Assembly (NCBI GenBank): GCA_951406725.2
Contig: OX597817.1
Location: 125,736,001 to 125,800,000 of the forward strand
Source: Octopus vulgaris
Taxonomy: Eukaryota
Direction of reading: 5' to 3'
DNA: 64,000 nucleotides
Shown here: positions 27,401 to 40,366 of the stretch, piece by piece
Layout: each line of letters opens with the position of its first letter
Position numbering within the stretch: position 1 is the stretch's first letter
Position numbers and translations under genes: made by a program
The notes under the pieces: generated by a model
What the model was told of the DNA's origin: nothing
Database searches by the model: none
The model's input: only the letters and a program-made list of their open reading frames with translations

Positions 27401-28237
27401 ATATAAATTTTTCTCTTTTACGGGGCTATGCAACAGGATGTAGAAAGATAACCCACGATTGATGCACAAAATTTTGCTAAACATTCAATCTTTCAACAAA
27501 ACACTGGCATGAGACAATCTTTTGATGCTAATGTTTACACCCGAAGCAATATGAATATAAATACTATTGTTGTTGACAAGATTTTCTTGGTGTACTTAAA
27601 ATGTCTGAGTTTCTTTACTTCGTGTCTACTATTAATATTTTGCGTTGCAGTTAAAATTATAATGTTTTCTTGATTATTTTTCTGTGGGAAATGTATTATA
27701 TTATGTATCATTTGTAATATAAGTAATATTTTTTATATTTTCCGTTTTGTTTCCGAAGATCGGGGGTGGATGATGGTTTTGTTTATATTTTTGATGGAGC
27801 AGGAGGGAAACATTTAACACAAAACTTATCTTTGTCTTGTAAGCTATGTAAGTGGAGGCAACAAACTATATGATGTTTTCTGTATGTGAATACTTTTGAT
27901 AAAATCATACTCCATCTAGACAAGCGTTTTGTCTCGAGAGAGCAGCTTGTAAGCAACGTCTACTCCGTCAGCAGTGAATAAAGATGATAATGAAAAGGAG
28001 GAAGGTGATGCGGATGATGGTAATAAAAAGGACAGTTATTTATTTATTTCTTCAGGTGTCTACAGTTGTACTAGTTTATATCTCCTAAATTTAAATATCT
28101 ATAAAACATGGTCAAGCGTGCTCTTATTTTACAAGCAGGATGTAATATGCAAGAGATTTCTCAGAAAATAAAGTGTCGTAAGAATTACCACAAAAAATGC
28201 CTACTCACCTAATATATTTCTTTAGTAATAATAATGA

Positions 28238-28499
28238 GTGTGGAGGCGCATGGCTTGGTGGTTAGGGTATCAGCACCATGATCGTAAGATTGTGGTTTTG
28301 ACTCCTGGACCGGGCGTCGCGTTGTGTTCTTGAGCAAAACACTCCATTTCACGTTGCTACAGTCCACTAAGCTGACAGAAATTAGGAACGCAGCGATGGA
28401 CTGACGTCCCGTCCAGCTAGGGAACACATACGCCATAGAAACCGGGAAACTGGGCCCATGAGCCTGACTAGGCTTTAAAAGGGCGCATTTATTTTATTT
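28238..28499 (+). mobile_element. Full-length family B SINE with 12-bp TSD
   Basis: TAATAATAATGA at 28226-28237 and 28500-28511; tRNA-like head, TGTGTTCTTGAGCAAAACACT (CORE-like) and GCGATGGACTG.CGTCCCGTCCAG blocks. Confidence 0.92.
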
Positions 28500-29437
28500 T
28501 AATAATAATGAAATTAATATCGGTTTCAAATTTTTGCACATGGCCAGTACTATCTGGGCAAGTTGTAAGTCCCATACACCGACCTAAGTGCTTAATTGGT
28601 ACATATTTATCGACGGTGGAATTGATGAACGGTAAAGTCAACTACAGTGGAATATGATTTACAGAAGCCAGATATTGGCAGTATATAGCGTCAGGCACAA
28701 TGATATTTGCGACTTTAATGTTACGATTTTTTTCGGTCTTGAGTTCATATCTAGCTGAATTTGAAATTTTATGAATTTTTCTGGAGAAAAGGAAGAAAAA
28801 AAATAACACAGCACTCGCCAGGTACACGTGTAAAATGTAAGTGGTTAAATCCTTCCCGTAAAATCTGACATATTGTCCTTGCCTTGGAAATTAATATCAT
28901 TACTAAATGCTTTTATATTCATTCAAACTAAAATTCTTGGTCGTTGATCGTTAAATCACATATTGACAACGCTTCTCTACGTACTGCGTGCTTTTTTCTT
29001 TTAAAATTCAAAAACGTTGTAACAATTAACTTTTTGTAATATTCTAAGGAAAAATAAATATATAAAATAAAAATTGTAATAGAAAATAATAATATAACTT
29101 TTAACTATATAATTTAGGTGAAAGATGAAACATGTAATTTGATCATTTCTCATCAGTTCAGTTTCCAATAATTACATCTCGATGTAATTTTCATTATTTT
29201 CTTCAGTAATTACGTTTCACAAAAGTCATTTTACATATGTATATGTGCGTATATATATGTATGTGTGTGCCTATGTACACATGTATACACATATATAAAT
29301 TCCTTCATATGCGTATATAATTGCATATATGCATATATTTTCGTGCTTAAATGAATACACGCACACATATATATATATATTCACACATGTATGTGCTTAT
29401 ATATATATATATATATGTATGTAATATATGTATATAA

Positions 29438-29488
<51 letters not shown>

Positions 29489-32019
29489 CACATGAGTTAA
29501 TACTGATAACATTCATTGTAAAATTAGTCATATATTTTTTCTACTACAATTTAAAACAAAGAAAATCAAAAAAAGATATGACATTGTTGCATTGTTCTGT
29601 TGATGTTAAATAAAACATACTAGAAAACTTAATGTTTCTCTTTGAAAAGTTATACAACAGTTAGAATTTTCGAGCATTCTTTCAACTGCTAACCTCAGCA
29701 GGTGATATGTTAGAAAAATCACCTAAATCAGTGAAGATATAGTCTGGTTAAGTGACGTCTATCAACATTGTCGGTAAAAGAACAGAAATTTAACGTAGCA
29801 GGTGAAAGAAAGATATGGGAATGTGGAAGATATGGGAAAGGCTAACACTTTTATGGATCCGTCCGTGGAAATGAAAATAGGACTATTGCATGTACGCATT
29901 AAGCTGTCAAACTAAGGTTTGAACTTCATCCATAAAATGATAAAAATCTACACGAGAAAAGGTGCAACACAAATGAGAGGAACTTGTGTATTGCTTTGCG
30001 AGGAAACTACTGAAAGATTTGTCACTGAGATGTTGGTAAGGTTTTACACGTGAATGACTCACAGAAAATACACAGAACATAAGCATATGTACTGCTAGTT
30101 TACATCTATGTTGTCTCTACTAGTGTATGGAAAATATATAGGTAAATCTTTTTTCAGAAATGTAATATATGAATAAAGAACGGAAGTGATTGTTAACTTA
30201 TATCCTGCTTGTATGTATGTGTGTGTGTCTTTGTTATAGACATTAAACAGATTCATGTAGCTGTTTAACCCCAGGTCAACCATTATGAGGCCGACTTCAG
30301 TCTAAGACCATCTTGTTTTCTTTAAAGCATAATCAACTAATAGCTCATCTCCTGATATTTTAAAAGATAGCGTGCTATTATTTCAGAGAAATTTTACATT
30401 CTTTCTGAACAAAGAAGTTTGTACATTTTTCAATGACCACGTAAAGGCTGCTACTTTGGCTGCATTGACTGCACGGCTCTGATGCATACGTTTCATAAAT
30501 CATATTGACCACTACTACTCTTTAAGTGTAAACGCTGTACCATCAGGTTAATGATGACGTTCGTTCTTAAAACAATGCTAATAACATACAAAAGACAATA
30601 TATTACGTGACATGAAGAAGAGTGAAGTCTGAAAAGAGAATTTACGTTTAACTGTGGGTCACAAACTTATATTATTTTATAAATAAATTAAAATAATGCA
30701 AATTTACAAAAGTAAAATTGCTCTACAAAAGACGTTGTATTCGTCGAATCATCACCTTAGCTCAAAGAAATGATATATAAGGCAAGGTCTAAAGCTCAGC
30801 AACATTTTCACACTCAGCATTATTCATTTTCAAGGTTTCAGAAATTTAGAATAAATTCAGGGCCATTTTGATTAGAATTGATCAACAGTAAAGGATTTCC
30901 TAGAAAACATATACAATGCCATAGTATATATTGATTTATTGCCAGAAAGGTCTTAAGTATTGTTTCATCTTCTTCATTATATATAATTGCCGAAAGGGGA
31001 GAAAAGTGGAAAACTAGAATGGAAGTATGGACAAGGATGAACAAAAATTTGGCTCTTAGCTTTCTTCGAAATGTTAAGAATAGAAACAAAATGAAAATTT
31101 CTTCAAGTTGTGACTTTATTACATTTTTTATCGTTTTACCTTCATTTACATTCTTTTTGTTTTGAAGATTATTTCATTTATTTATAGTGTAACATTGAAA
31201 TTAGATTCAAACATTTACTTATTTCTAACAGTTATTTTTAAACCAATAAAGTAGACAATGTTCCACGCTTGATTTTATTGATAACATGATTTTACTGCCG
31301 CATTAATTAGATATAAATATCCTTCCCTTTTCGTAACTATACATGACCTATAAAGAAATCTTTCTGTTGTGTTATTTCTCCATAAATTTGTATTGTATTG
31401 CAGATGAATGTTGTAAATCCATAGTAGTTTGCCTTAAAGTTGAATGAGGAGAAAAAAATCTTCACACAAAATATATTTTATATAGTATGGGAAGTGGTGG
31501 CGTAAATCGAAGGTAGACAGCAGACCAAGTAAAAGCGTTTAAAGAGAAAAATATGCAAAATATACTGGGCCAGATTTGAACCAAAACTGAAAAAAATGAA
31601 ATTTTGCAGTACTGAAGATTTGCACAATTAATCAAGGTAAAACAGATAGCAAAATATTTAGTATTCATTATGCCGATGATGACAATATGTAATCCATTAT
31701 AGTCTGTCTATTCTTAAATTTAACACAAGTTTTACTTTAGTTCCAAATGGTAAGTGAAAAAATAAAAAATGGCAATGTATCGCTTGATCTAATGTTTGAA
31801 ACTGGCCACTCCTGAAGTAAAGTTGTGAAACATATGAAGTCTAATAAGCAGTGGTAATTTCTATGTAATTAGCATGATGGTTTATTGTTTGGCTTCAAGC
31901 AAGTATATATATAATATAAGGGTAAATAATTATTATTTAAAAAAAAACAACAATTATTTTCGGGTAGATTTCGGTATGTAAATATAACCATTATCGGTAG
32001 GAACTTTTTTTTAAAAAGT

Positions 32020-32064
<45 letters not shown>

Positions 32065-32068
<4 letters not shown>

Positions 32069-32262
32069 GGCAGGCAAGAGGTCGCTCTGTCACATACCGA
32101 AAAATTAGAAATATCTGACAAAGACTAGAAAGAATAAATAGCGAAGACAATAATATATATAAATAATATATATATATAAATAACGAAAATAGAAATAAAC
32201 AGTCTTTGACTGCTATTTCTAATTTTTCGGTATGGGGCAAAGCAATCTGTTGCCTGCCCCTT
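32065..32262. mobile_element. MITE-like element with about 62-bp imperfect inverted ends inside (TA)n
   Basis: AAGGGGCAGGCAA...CATACCGAAAAATTAGAAATA...CAAAGACT (32065-32126) is inverted at 32201-32262. Confidence 0.8.
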
Positions 32263-32266
32263 TATA

Positions 32267-32337
<71 letters not shown>

Positions 32338-32341
<4 letters not shown>

Positions 32342-32690
32342 TATTGCCCGGCGTTGCTTGGGTTTGTTTCGACCCTTTAGAACTAGAATTTATTCTCTTT
32401 ATTCTCTTTAAGTGAACATTTTTCTGGTTGAAATACACCGAAATATGGCAACACAGTAGTCAGAAAATCGTAAAAAATAGGAATTTTCATAGAAAAAAAG
32501 CACCTTTTTGATATAAATACTTTTTGGTGTTAACATGGTTCGATTTGAATTTTTTCTTCTATGAAATAAGGAGCAAGCTTTCTCCTAGCATACTCTCAAT
32601 TTTGGTCAACTTGCGTTGTAGGGTCTCGGAGGAGATCGTGTTAGTTGAAGGCTACCAAACCTGCCATACACAGACAACTTCTGCTTTTAT
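32338..32690. mobile_element. Probable non-autonomous Helitron-like element
   Basis: Starts CAGTATTGCCCGGCGTTGCTTGGG (short GC hairpin) and ends ACAGACAACTTCTGCTTTTATATATA, a layout I recall from Lep1-like Helitrons; terminal CTAG not visible. Confidence 0.5.
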
Positions 32691-33550
32691 ATATATATAT
32701 ATATATTATTTTTCTAATTTATATATATATTTCATGCTTTACGCATGTTTGCACGCGTGGTGAACACAGTTCACGTCAAACAGCTGACTGAGTAATGTTC
32801 ACTATTCAATGCATGGGATAAGGCCTAAACAAACACAGTATCGATTTTTGCACTTGCGAGATGAATTTCGGAACAGAAATAGTGCAGTTCAATTTTCATT
32901 TGCCTAAACTTTAAGTGACCCATTTTTGGTGCTTCTACGATTTGTTGGCTAGGAGGAGGTGTGTCGGGAAGTTAAACACACAGACATACACACAGATACA
33001 CACACAGACACACAAGTTGAGTTTTATATATATAGATATATATATATTTTGCAAATATATTAAAAGGGTCATGACATAAAGTACATCTGCCAACATGCTG
33101 TAGAATGAAAAGAATGGACAAAGATTTTCATATATGGCAAAAATATATATATTCAAAATGATCCAGTTTTACAAATCGTATACTGAAGTAGACTGTTGAC
33201 TTCGTCAATCTCCACAGAAAGTATTTTGATACAGCAAGGGAAGTAACGTCAGCGATCATATTTGTTCACTTTCATGTAAACACTTTTTGAAAGTGTTGGT
33301 ATTTGTGTATCTATTGTTTTGAGAATAATGTCTACCACAGTTCAGTATTGCAGTAAACACGTTCTCAGCTCTTTTTACTCATTTACTCTTTGTATTGAAA
33401 GCTGCATGTCTACTAATTTTCAAGGTGATTTCATTGTATTAAAACTTTTTGTTTATGTCTTCTTCGCATATTTCCTACAGGTTCTTTTATTGATAAGACA
33501 CAATAGTTTAATGAGAAATTAAAGAGTTGAATACCTACATACACACACAA

Positions 33551-33585
<35 letters not shown>

Positions 33586-33987
33586 CATATATATATATAC
33601 ACGAACACATATATATATATACATACATACGTACTTATATGAATATATGTATATATATGTATATGTGTATTTATGTATATATATGCATAAATATATGCGT
33701 GTGTGTATGTGTGTGTGTGTGAATAAAATCTTAATTAGATTCTTTCTGGAGTGATTATTGATATTGGCGTGATTCAAAACATAATCCTAGTGAACTTTGC
33801 TATTTGCTAAATTTCATGACACTCGAAAACATACATCACGGAAAATTACGAGAATTCATGCATAATAGTTGGACAAATTCACATAATTTTACAAACAGAT
33901 CATATTCCTCAGTTCTATATTTAAGAGTTGAGGAATTATGTACATTATTTACATTTAACGGATATTTGTCCTCATCCTGTTGTTGTT

Positions 33988-34033
33988 AACACAATGTTTC
34001 GGCTGATATACCCTCCAGCCTTCATCAGGTGTC
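33988..34033 (-). ncRNA. Minimal type I hammerhead ribozyme motif (PLE type)
   Basis: Minus strand: GACAC-CUGAUGA-A-GGCUG(GAGGGUAUAU)CAGCC-GAAAC-AUU-GUGUU. Confidence 0.75.
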
Positions 34034-34093
34034 CTGGAGAATTTCGAATCTGGTTTCTCATTCCTCAGGTATTTTTCGAAGTTGTTGTTGTTG

Positions 34094-34163
<70 letters not shown>

Positions 34164-34192
34164 CATTATTATTATTATTATCATTATTATTA

Positions 34193-34240
<48 letters not shown>

Positions 34241-34398
34241 TCACTGCCTGGAATCTAAATCAGACTCTTGAGGTTAGTAGCCCGCGCTCTTAACCACTAC
34301 GCTATATGCCCGTCGGCAATTATGGAGTGAATTTTAGGGCTTATAAATCTAATGTTTTCCATTCCTTCCTTAATACCGGTTCCCATATGCTACACATA

Positions 34399-34568
34399 TG
34401 GGAGGAATTTCAAATAATAGACAGAGAACACCGCTGGAAAAAGGCGAAAAACTAAAAGAAGCAGCGCAAATGTTATGACACAAAAACCTCCTAAGCAGAC
34501 CGAGTGCAGATATGAATAGAATTTGGGAACTGGTATTAAGTAAGGATAGGAAAATATTAGATGTATAA
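34399..34568 (+). pseudogene. C-terminal fragment of a Penelope-like GIY-YIG endonuclease
   Basis: WEEFQIIDREHRWKKAK, frameshift, LKEAAQML*HKNLLSRPSADMNRIWELVLSKDRKILDV*; W...I+..E..W..R.LKEA pattern recalled from PLE endonucleases. Confidence 0.6.
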
Positions 34569-34589
34569 GCCCTGAATTTCACTCCATAA

Positions 34590-34662
34590 TTGCCCACGGC
34601 GAAGTTGTAAAGAGTGCGTGCTACTAAGCCTAAAATTCCGAGTTCGATTCCAGGCAGTGACT
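34590..34662 (+). promoter_or_regulatory. tRNA-like segment (putative Pol III A/B boxes) inside the PLE terminal repeat
   Basis: B box GAGTTCGATTCC at 34640-34651; the inverted copy at 34238-34312 keeps the A box TAGCGTAGTGGTTAAG. Confidence 0.6.
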
Positions 34663-34751
<89 letters not shown>

Positions 34752-34811
34752 AAGAGGAATAACATCGAAAAATATCTTAGGAATGAGAAACCAGGCTCGA
34801 AATTTCCCCAA

Positions 34812-34857
34812 GACACCTGATGAAGGCTGGAAAGTATATCAGCTGAAACGTTTTGTT
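34812..34857 (+). ncRNA. Minimal type I hammerhead ribozyme motif (PLE type)
   Basis: GACAC-CUGAUGA-A-GGCUG(GAAAGUAUAU)CAGCU-GAAAC-GUU-UUGUU; palindromic AACGUU in place of stem III; one stem I mismatch. Confidence 0.72.
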
Positions 34858-35994
34858 AACAACAAACAAGATGAGGACAAATATCCGTCAAATGTAAATA
34901 ACGTAAACAAAGAACATATTCTTATTCTATTTCTGCATCGTGAAAAGCAAGTTCAAAAGTTTGTTTTCAAGTTTGTATCAAAGTAAAAGAGAACAGTATC
35001 TTCACTGAACCTTAGAAAAACGGATTAAATATGCAGTAGAAATCACATGTATGGTTTCACTTATATGTCGTTTTTATGCTTGTCTAGCCGGTTATTTAAT
35101 TTGCTCAGCTTTTTCTTTTCAAGATTAAATTTAGTTCGTAGAACATTACTATGCAATATAACATATATTTGTTGGATAAAATACATTATAAGATACTCAT
35201 TTCCTCAGTCTTTGTTTTCTTTTTCTTTTGTTCGTGTGACCAATTTGCCGGAAGATAGGGTAGATTACTTTTTATTGCATTTATTTGATAGAAATGGACT
35301 TCTGTCACTTTATATTTCTCATTTGATTCGTATAACTTACGCCATCAAGTAAACATGCATCAGTAAAATACGTGTATATTGTTGTTGTTACTGATGTAGC
35401 GACTGTAATAATTGTTGCTTTTTGATGTCTAACACTGAATTTACAGGAAGTAGCAAATGTTAAATTATGATATATTCGTATTTTCACAAATATCTATAGA
35501 ATATTTTAATTGTGTCAAGGACAATAATTGTTAGCCGAATCGTTGGAACACTAGTATAATTATGTTGCAGTATTTAATATTTAATTTCCTTCTTGTTTCG
35601 ATGATCAAATCCCGCGGAGGATAATTTTATATTTCATATCCCCAAATCGATAAAAATCAGTCTTAATTTATTTAGGTGGACACAAGTCACAAATAATATA
35701 CTTGTGAGGACGCAACTCATAAATTTCAAGAAGAGGACATTAAGTGCCGAGTTCATAAGGCAATTATTCTATAGGGACAATGCTGAGAATAACAAATTAG
35801 TTCCAGGAGAGCAATCAATAAGTACCATATATGTTGAATCACAGATGAAATTTTCATTTCCGGGTAAATATATTTACACGCCTGAATGATGTTCACAAAA
35901 CACCTATGTCATCATTTCTACGTTTTATTCCTTCAAATATGAGGTTTATTGCGTTTATTCTTTTATATTCTGGTTGTCATTATTTAGTCTGTTG

Positions 35995-36430
35995 AAGGCG
36001 GCGAGCTGGCAGAAACGTTAGCTCGCTGAACAAAATAGCGGAATTTCGTCCGCCTTTACGTCCTGAGTTGAAATTCTTTCTTAGTCGCCTATGCTTTTCT
36101 TTCTATCGGGTTCGATAAAATAAGTACCAATCAAGCACAGGAGTCGAATCACTCGACTAGACTCACCCAACTAATTTCAGACATTGTGCCAATAGTAGAA
36201 AGTATTCTGCTGGGCAGTGAACTAACAGAATTGTTACGATGTTGGAAAAACTGCTTTTCTTAATTTGTTCCTATTCTTACACTACTGAGCTCAAACGTTC
36301 AAGTATCGCTGAGATCCGTTTTGTACTCCATCACTTCGGGATCGATGAAATACTGTGCCAGTTAAGTACAGGGTTCGATATAATCCAATAATCCCACCCC
36401 ACTAATTTTACTGGTCTTGTGCCAAAATAT
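35995..36430 (+). mobile_element. Two tandem degenerate family C SINE copies
   Basis: Head AAGGCGGCGAGCTGGCAGAAACGTTAGC at 35995; second decayed copy from about 36210; both end in ttgtgccaa. Confidence 0.75.
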
Positions 36431-37527
36431 GAAGCGAATATTACAATTCTTAATACTTGCACTGTTCGGGTGTGCTATTGCTTTCTACTCAATATTTTGG
36501 AATTTTAACGGTGGACACTATAATAAAAATATATTAATACATATATTTATTGATTATTTTCTCACACTTGGGAACGGCAAAATAAAATTTGCAAAGCAAA
36601 AGATCATCTTCTAATGAAATGAAAAAGATTATGTAGATTATGCTGTTGCGGTCGTCAGAAAAGATATTGAAAACTAGAAACGGAAATTAAACCAAATGGG
36701 TTTGGTGTTAGACATAAAAATAAGAGCCCGTTCACCCATTAGCTTTAAATTGAGGAAAACATACAACTAAACAATATAATGTTAAATCAAGAAGGTAATG
36801 ATCCAGTAAATATACGCATTCTACACGTGATAGGAGGACAGTTACACGAGTCCTGGTACGATAAATTTTCGCCAATGCATTCCTTGACGTTATACGAATG
36901 TTTGACCCTAAGCTACAACACGGTCACGTGATAGGAATGGCAATCGATTTGATCTGAAATATGTGACGGCTTCTAACATTAACATTGACACATGTTTGTG
37001 TGTCTGTGTATGTACGTGCGTTTATGTGTGCGTGTGGTGTGTGGGTGCATATATATGTATAGACATATATCTTTGAACGCTCTTGCTTTCACTATTTGTT
37101 TACACATCACCGCATTTATGTATTTCAACACGTCCTGTAAACCTGTTTTGTAGCACTCTTTGTAAGCGTCGAAGCGCATTGCTGGAAAATAAATTCAACA
37201 AATGTCATTGTTATTACTTTTACGAATTTCGTCGTTGTTTTCGTTCTCGTATTTCTTCATATCATACAATTAAAGCAGAGAACTGTTAAGCTGATGGGAA
37301 AATGTCATTTTAGCTTTCTTTCGCTTATCTTTTGTGTTTGTTTTTATACGCAAATTATTCATGATTTCGAAAATACTTATACCTTTATCTTTTATTTCTC
37401 TTCCGCACTATCTCATTAGAATTCATTTCGGAATCATGACTTTCAAAATTTTAAAGTAAAAGAAATTATGAAAATGAAATTCCAAATTGAAGTAATACAC
37501 TCGCACGCGCGCGCGTTTGTGTGTGTG

Positions 37528-37567
<40 letters not shown>

Positions 37568-37658
37568 TGTGTATAGATAGATACATAGATAAACACATAT
37601 TTATGTTACATATACATACAAACATATATGCATATTTATGTATGTGTATATATAAGTA

Positions 37659-37706
<48 letters not shown>

Positions 37707-40077
37707 TGTGTGTGTGTGTACGAAAAACAAAAGTAAAAGTGGATAACAGTACATTTGTGAACGTATTCTCTACTCGGAGAGAAATTAATAGCTATTTAAC
37801 ACAATGAGAAATGCCTGTGTGAATTCCGATTCGTCAAAATTATATGGAATCATACATTTCAATTTAACTGAAAGAAATTATCTCAGAGAGATATAATTTT
37901 CTTTAACCTAGTCAATAAAATTCCATACATATATATATATACAGAGAGTGAGAGAGAGAGCTAGTAGATAGATAACTATAGATATGTGTGTGCGTGTGAG
38001 TGTGTAAAAAAACATATACACAAACACACGCATATACATATAAATGTAGCCATATTTCTCTAAACACTTTTAAAATACAATGAATATGAAATAATTAAAG
38101 AGGGAGAAAAAAAGGAAATAGGAGACAAAGCTTATTTTAATTTCAACTCATGAAGATAAGTAAATTATATGTGTAACCTAATAGAAACAAATTCTAATTG
38201 TAAAGTATGACTCCATTATTTTGCATTAGATATCGTGTAGTCGGAAGTGCAAAGACACTTTGATAGTGATACAAAACTGATATCAGGGTCGTTCCATTTC
38301 ACTTCACCATTTTACTAAAGTTTCTATACCCCTGGAACACAGATACTTAATCCCTTGAAGTACGAATTCCAGCAGCCAATCGCCATTAAATCATACCTAT
38401 GAACATGATTAATGCAGTCCTTAATAATTGTTGGATGTTACCAGATGGTTACGATTTGAATAGCTTTGATCATATATCTGCTTGATCAGAATGCATTGTA
38501 AGGTGGACTACATCATAGTTGCTATATACCTGAAGGAGTTTTTGAGTGGCTGCTGCATTTTAAAAATATAGCAGGAAAATATGCTTAGAAATTGTTATTT
38601 TAAACGTGAAGAACACATCAAATATGTGTAGCGTTATGTATGTGTAGCGTTTGAACTTAGGCCAGACGTAAATGTTTGTAAACTGTCGATTTAGCTTAAG
38701 CAGCGAGAGAAAAAAGAATATAGTGCATTAAGGGACCAAAGGAAGTATCGTGGTGTTGTGCAGGGGGTGGAAAATCAGACAGATGATCTTTTGTGGTGAA
38801 ACAGATATAATTTAGCGTAATTATTTAGAAAGGCATACAGTACCGTTCCAGTTAATCGGATATTTGTGTGTGTGTGTGCGTCGTTGGTGTGGGGTGTATG
38901 TGTGTGCTTGTGTGTGTGTATGTGTTTGTGATGTGTGTTTGTGTGTGTAGATGTATGTATAGCACAATTAAACTATTAATTAGTCCACGTCACTATCAGA
39001 GGTTTCAGGTTCTGTCCCACTATCTTTATTATGTTGAACAAATGCGTTTCCCTAAACTTTGAATGGACAAAAAAGTTGCGAGTGAAATTAGTCAGGTAAT
39101 GAACATTTCGAAGACTGTCACGTGAAATATGCTTGTAATGAAAGCTCCAGCACTGCCACACACACTTCAATGATTGTTATATTTTCAAATTACGTTTAGA
39201 ATACACATGTAGTTACACACTAATTCAATGAGCAAATAATTCACTTGATCTAATCAAACAATGGAATACACCTCGTCGAAACCCATATAAATCCATTTAC
39301 TTAAATTTATATGTAAGTATGTGTGCACACACGCGCATGTGTGTGTGGGGGACTTCCTCGTTGTCAGTGATTAGAACACAGAACTGGTGGCTATGTCCAT
39401 TATACACTTCAGACATTTCTTTTCTACAATGCCCCAATACGGTTGAAGTAGAAAGTAGAAAATGAAGGAAAAAGTGGTGAATAATGAAGCCAATAACGTG
39501 ATTAGGTCCTCACACTCTGGTGAAATTGATTATACTCATTCCCAACCTAAATAACCGTGAATCAGAAGGCCTACAAGGGTAGTATAAGCAAACTAGAGAC
39601 CTGACGCTTTTCTTGTCCTATCACGTATAAATATATAATTCACCAATACTTAATTTCGCACTAGGAGAGTGCGTATCCAATTTCTGTGTCACTAAACAGC
39701 ATTATACTTGCAATATTTCACCGAACTTTTTTTGTCTGTTCTATTATTTAAATTGTTTTGACATTCTCGATTTGGGGAAAATAGATATTGAAGCATGTCT
39801 CCCCTGCTCTGTCTCTCCCTTTCTCCGTCTCTCTCTCTCTTTCTTTATCGCCCATATTATTTTCCCATTAAACAGTGCAATACTGACAGTTGTGTTTTAG
39901 ATTTCAATAGACTGTTACGGATATTTTACAAATATTTAAACATTCTTTTTACTCGGAATGAAATGCCATTCAAAAACAGATATATTCTATTATTTTTTTG
40001 AAGACTGAAATATATTTTTCTCTCTGCAACAGCCAAGAAAATAAACTTAGTATGTATAAGTTCATACATATATCTCT

Positions 40078-40366
40078 GTGGAGGCGCAATGGCCCAGTGG
40101 TTAGGGCAGCGGACTCGCTGTCGGAGGATCGTGGTTTCGATTCTCAGACCGGGCGTTGTGTGTGTTTATTGAGCGAAAATACCTGAAAGCTCCACGATCT
40201 CCGACAGGGGGTGGTGGTGGTCCCTGTTGTACTCTTTCGCCACAACTTTCTCTCTTTCTTGAGTAACGCTGCGATGGACTGGCGTCCCGTCCAGCTGGGG
40301 GGGGGGGACATACGCGACAGAAACCGGGACACCGGGCCCATGAGACTGATTAGGCTTGAAAAGGGC
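40078..40366 (+). mobile_element. Full-length family A SINE
   Basis: A box TGGCCCAGTGG, B box GGTTTCGATTC; collinear with 8483-8745. Confidence 0.93.

Larger units (their letters stand above)
33935..34910 (+). mobile_element. 5'-truncated Penelope-like element with an inverted terminal repeat (fold-back structure)
   Basis: Arm 33935-34389 is the reverse complement of 34520-34910; the centre encodes a GIY-YIG-like C-terminus; each arm has a tRNA-like segment, (AAT)n and a hammerhead. Confidence 0.85.
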
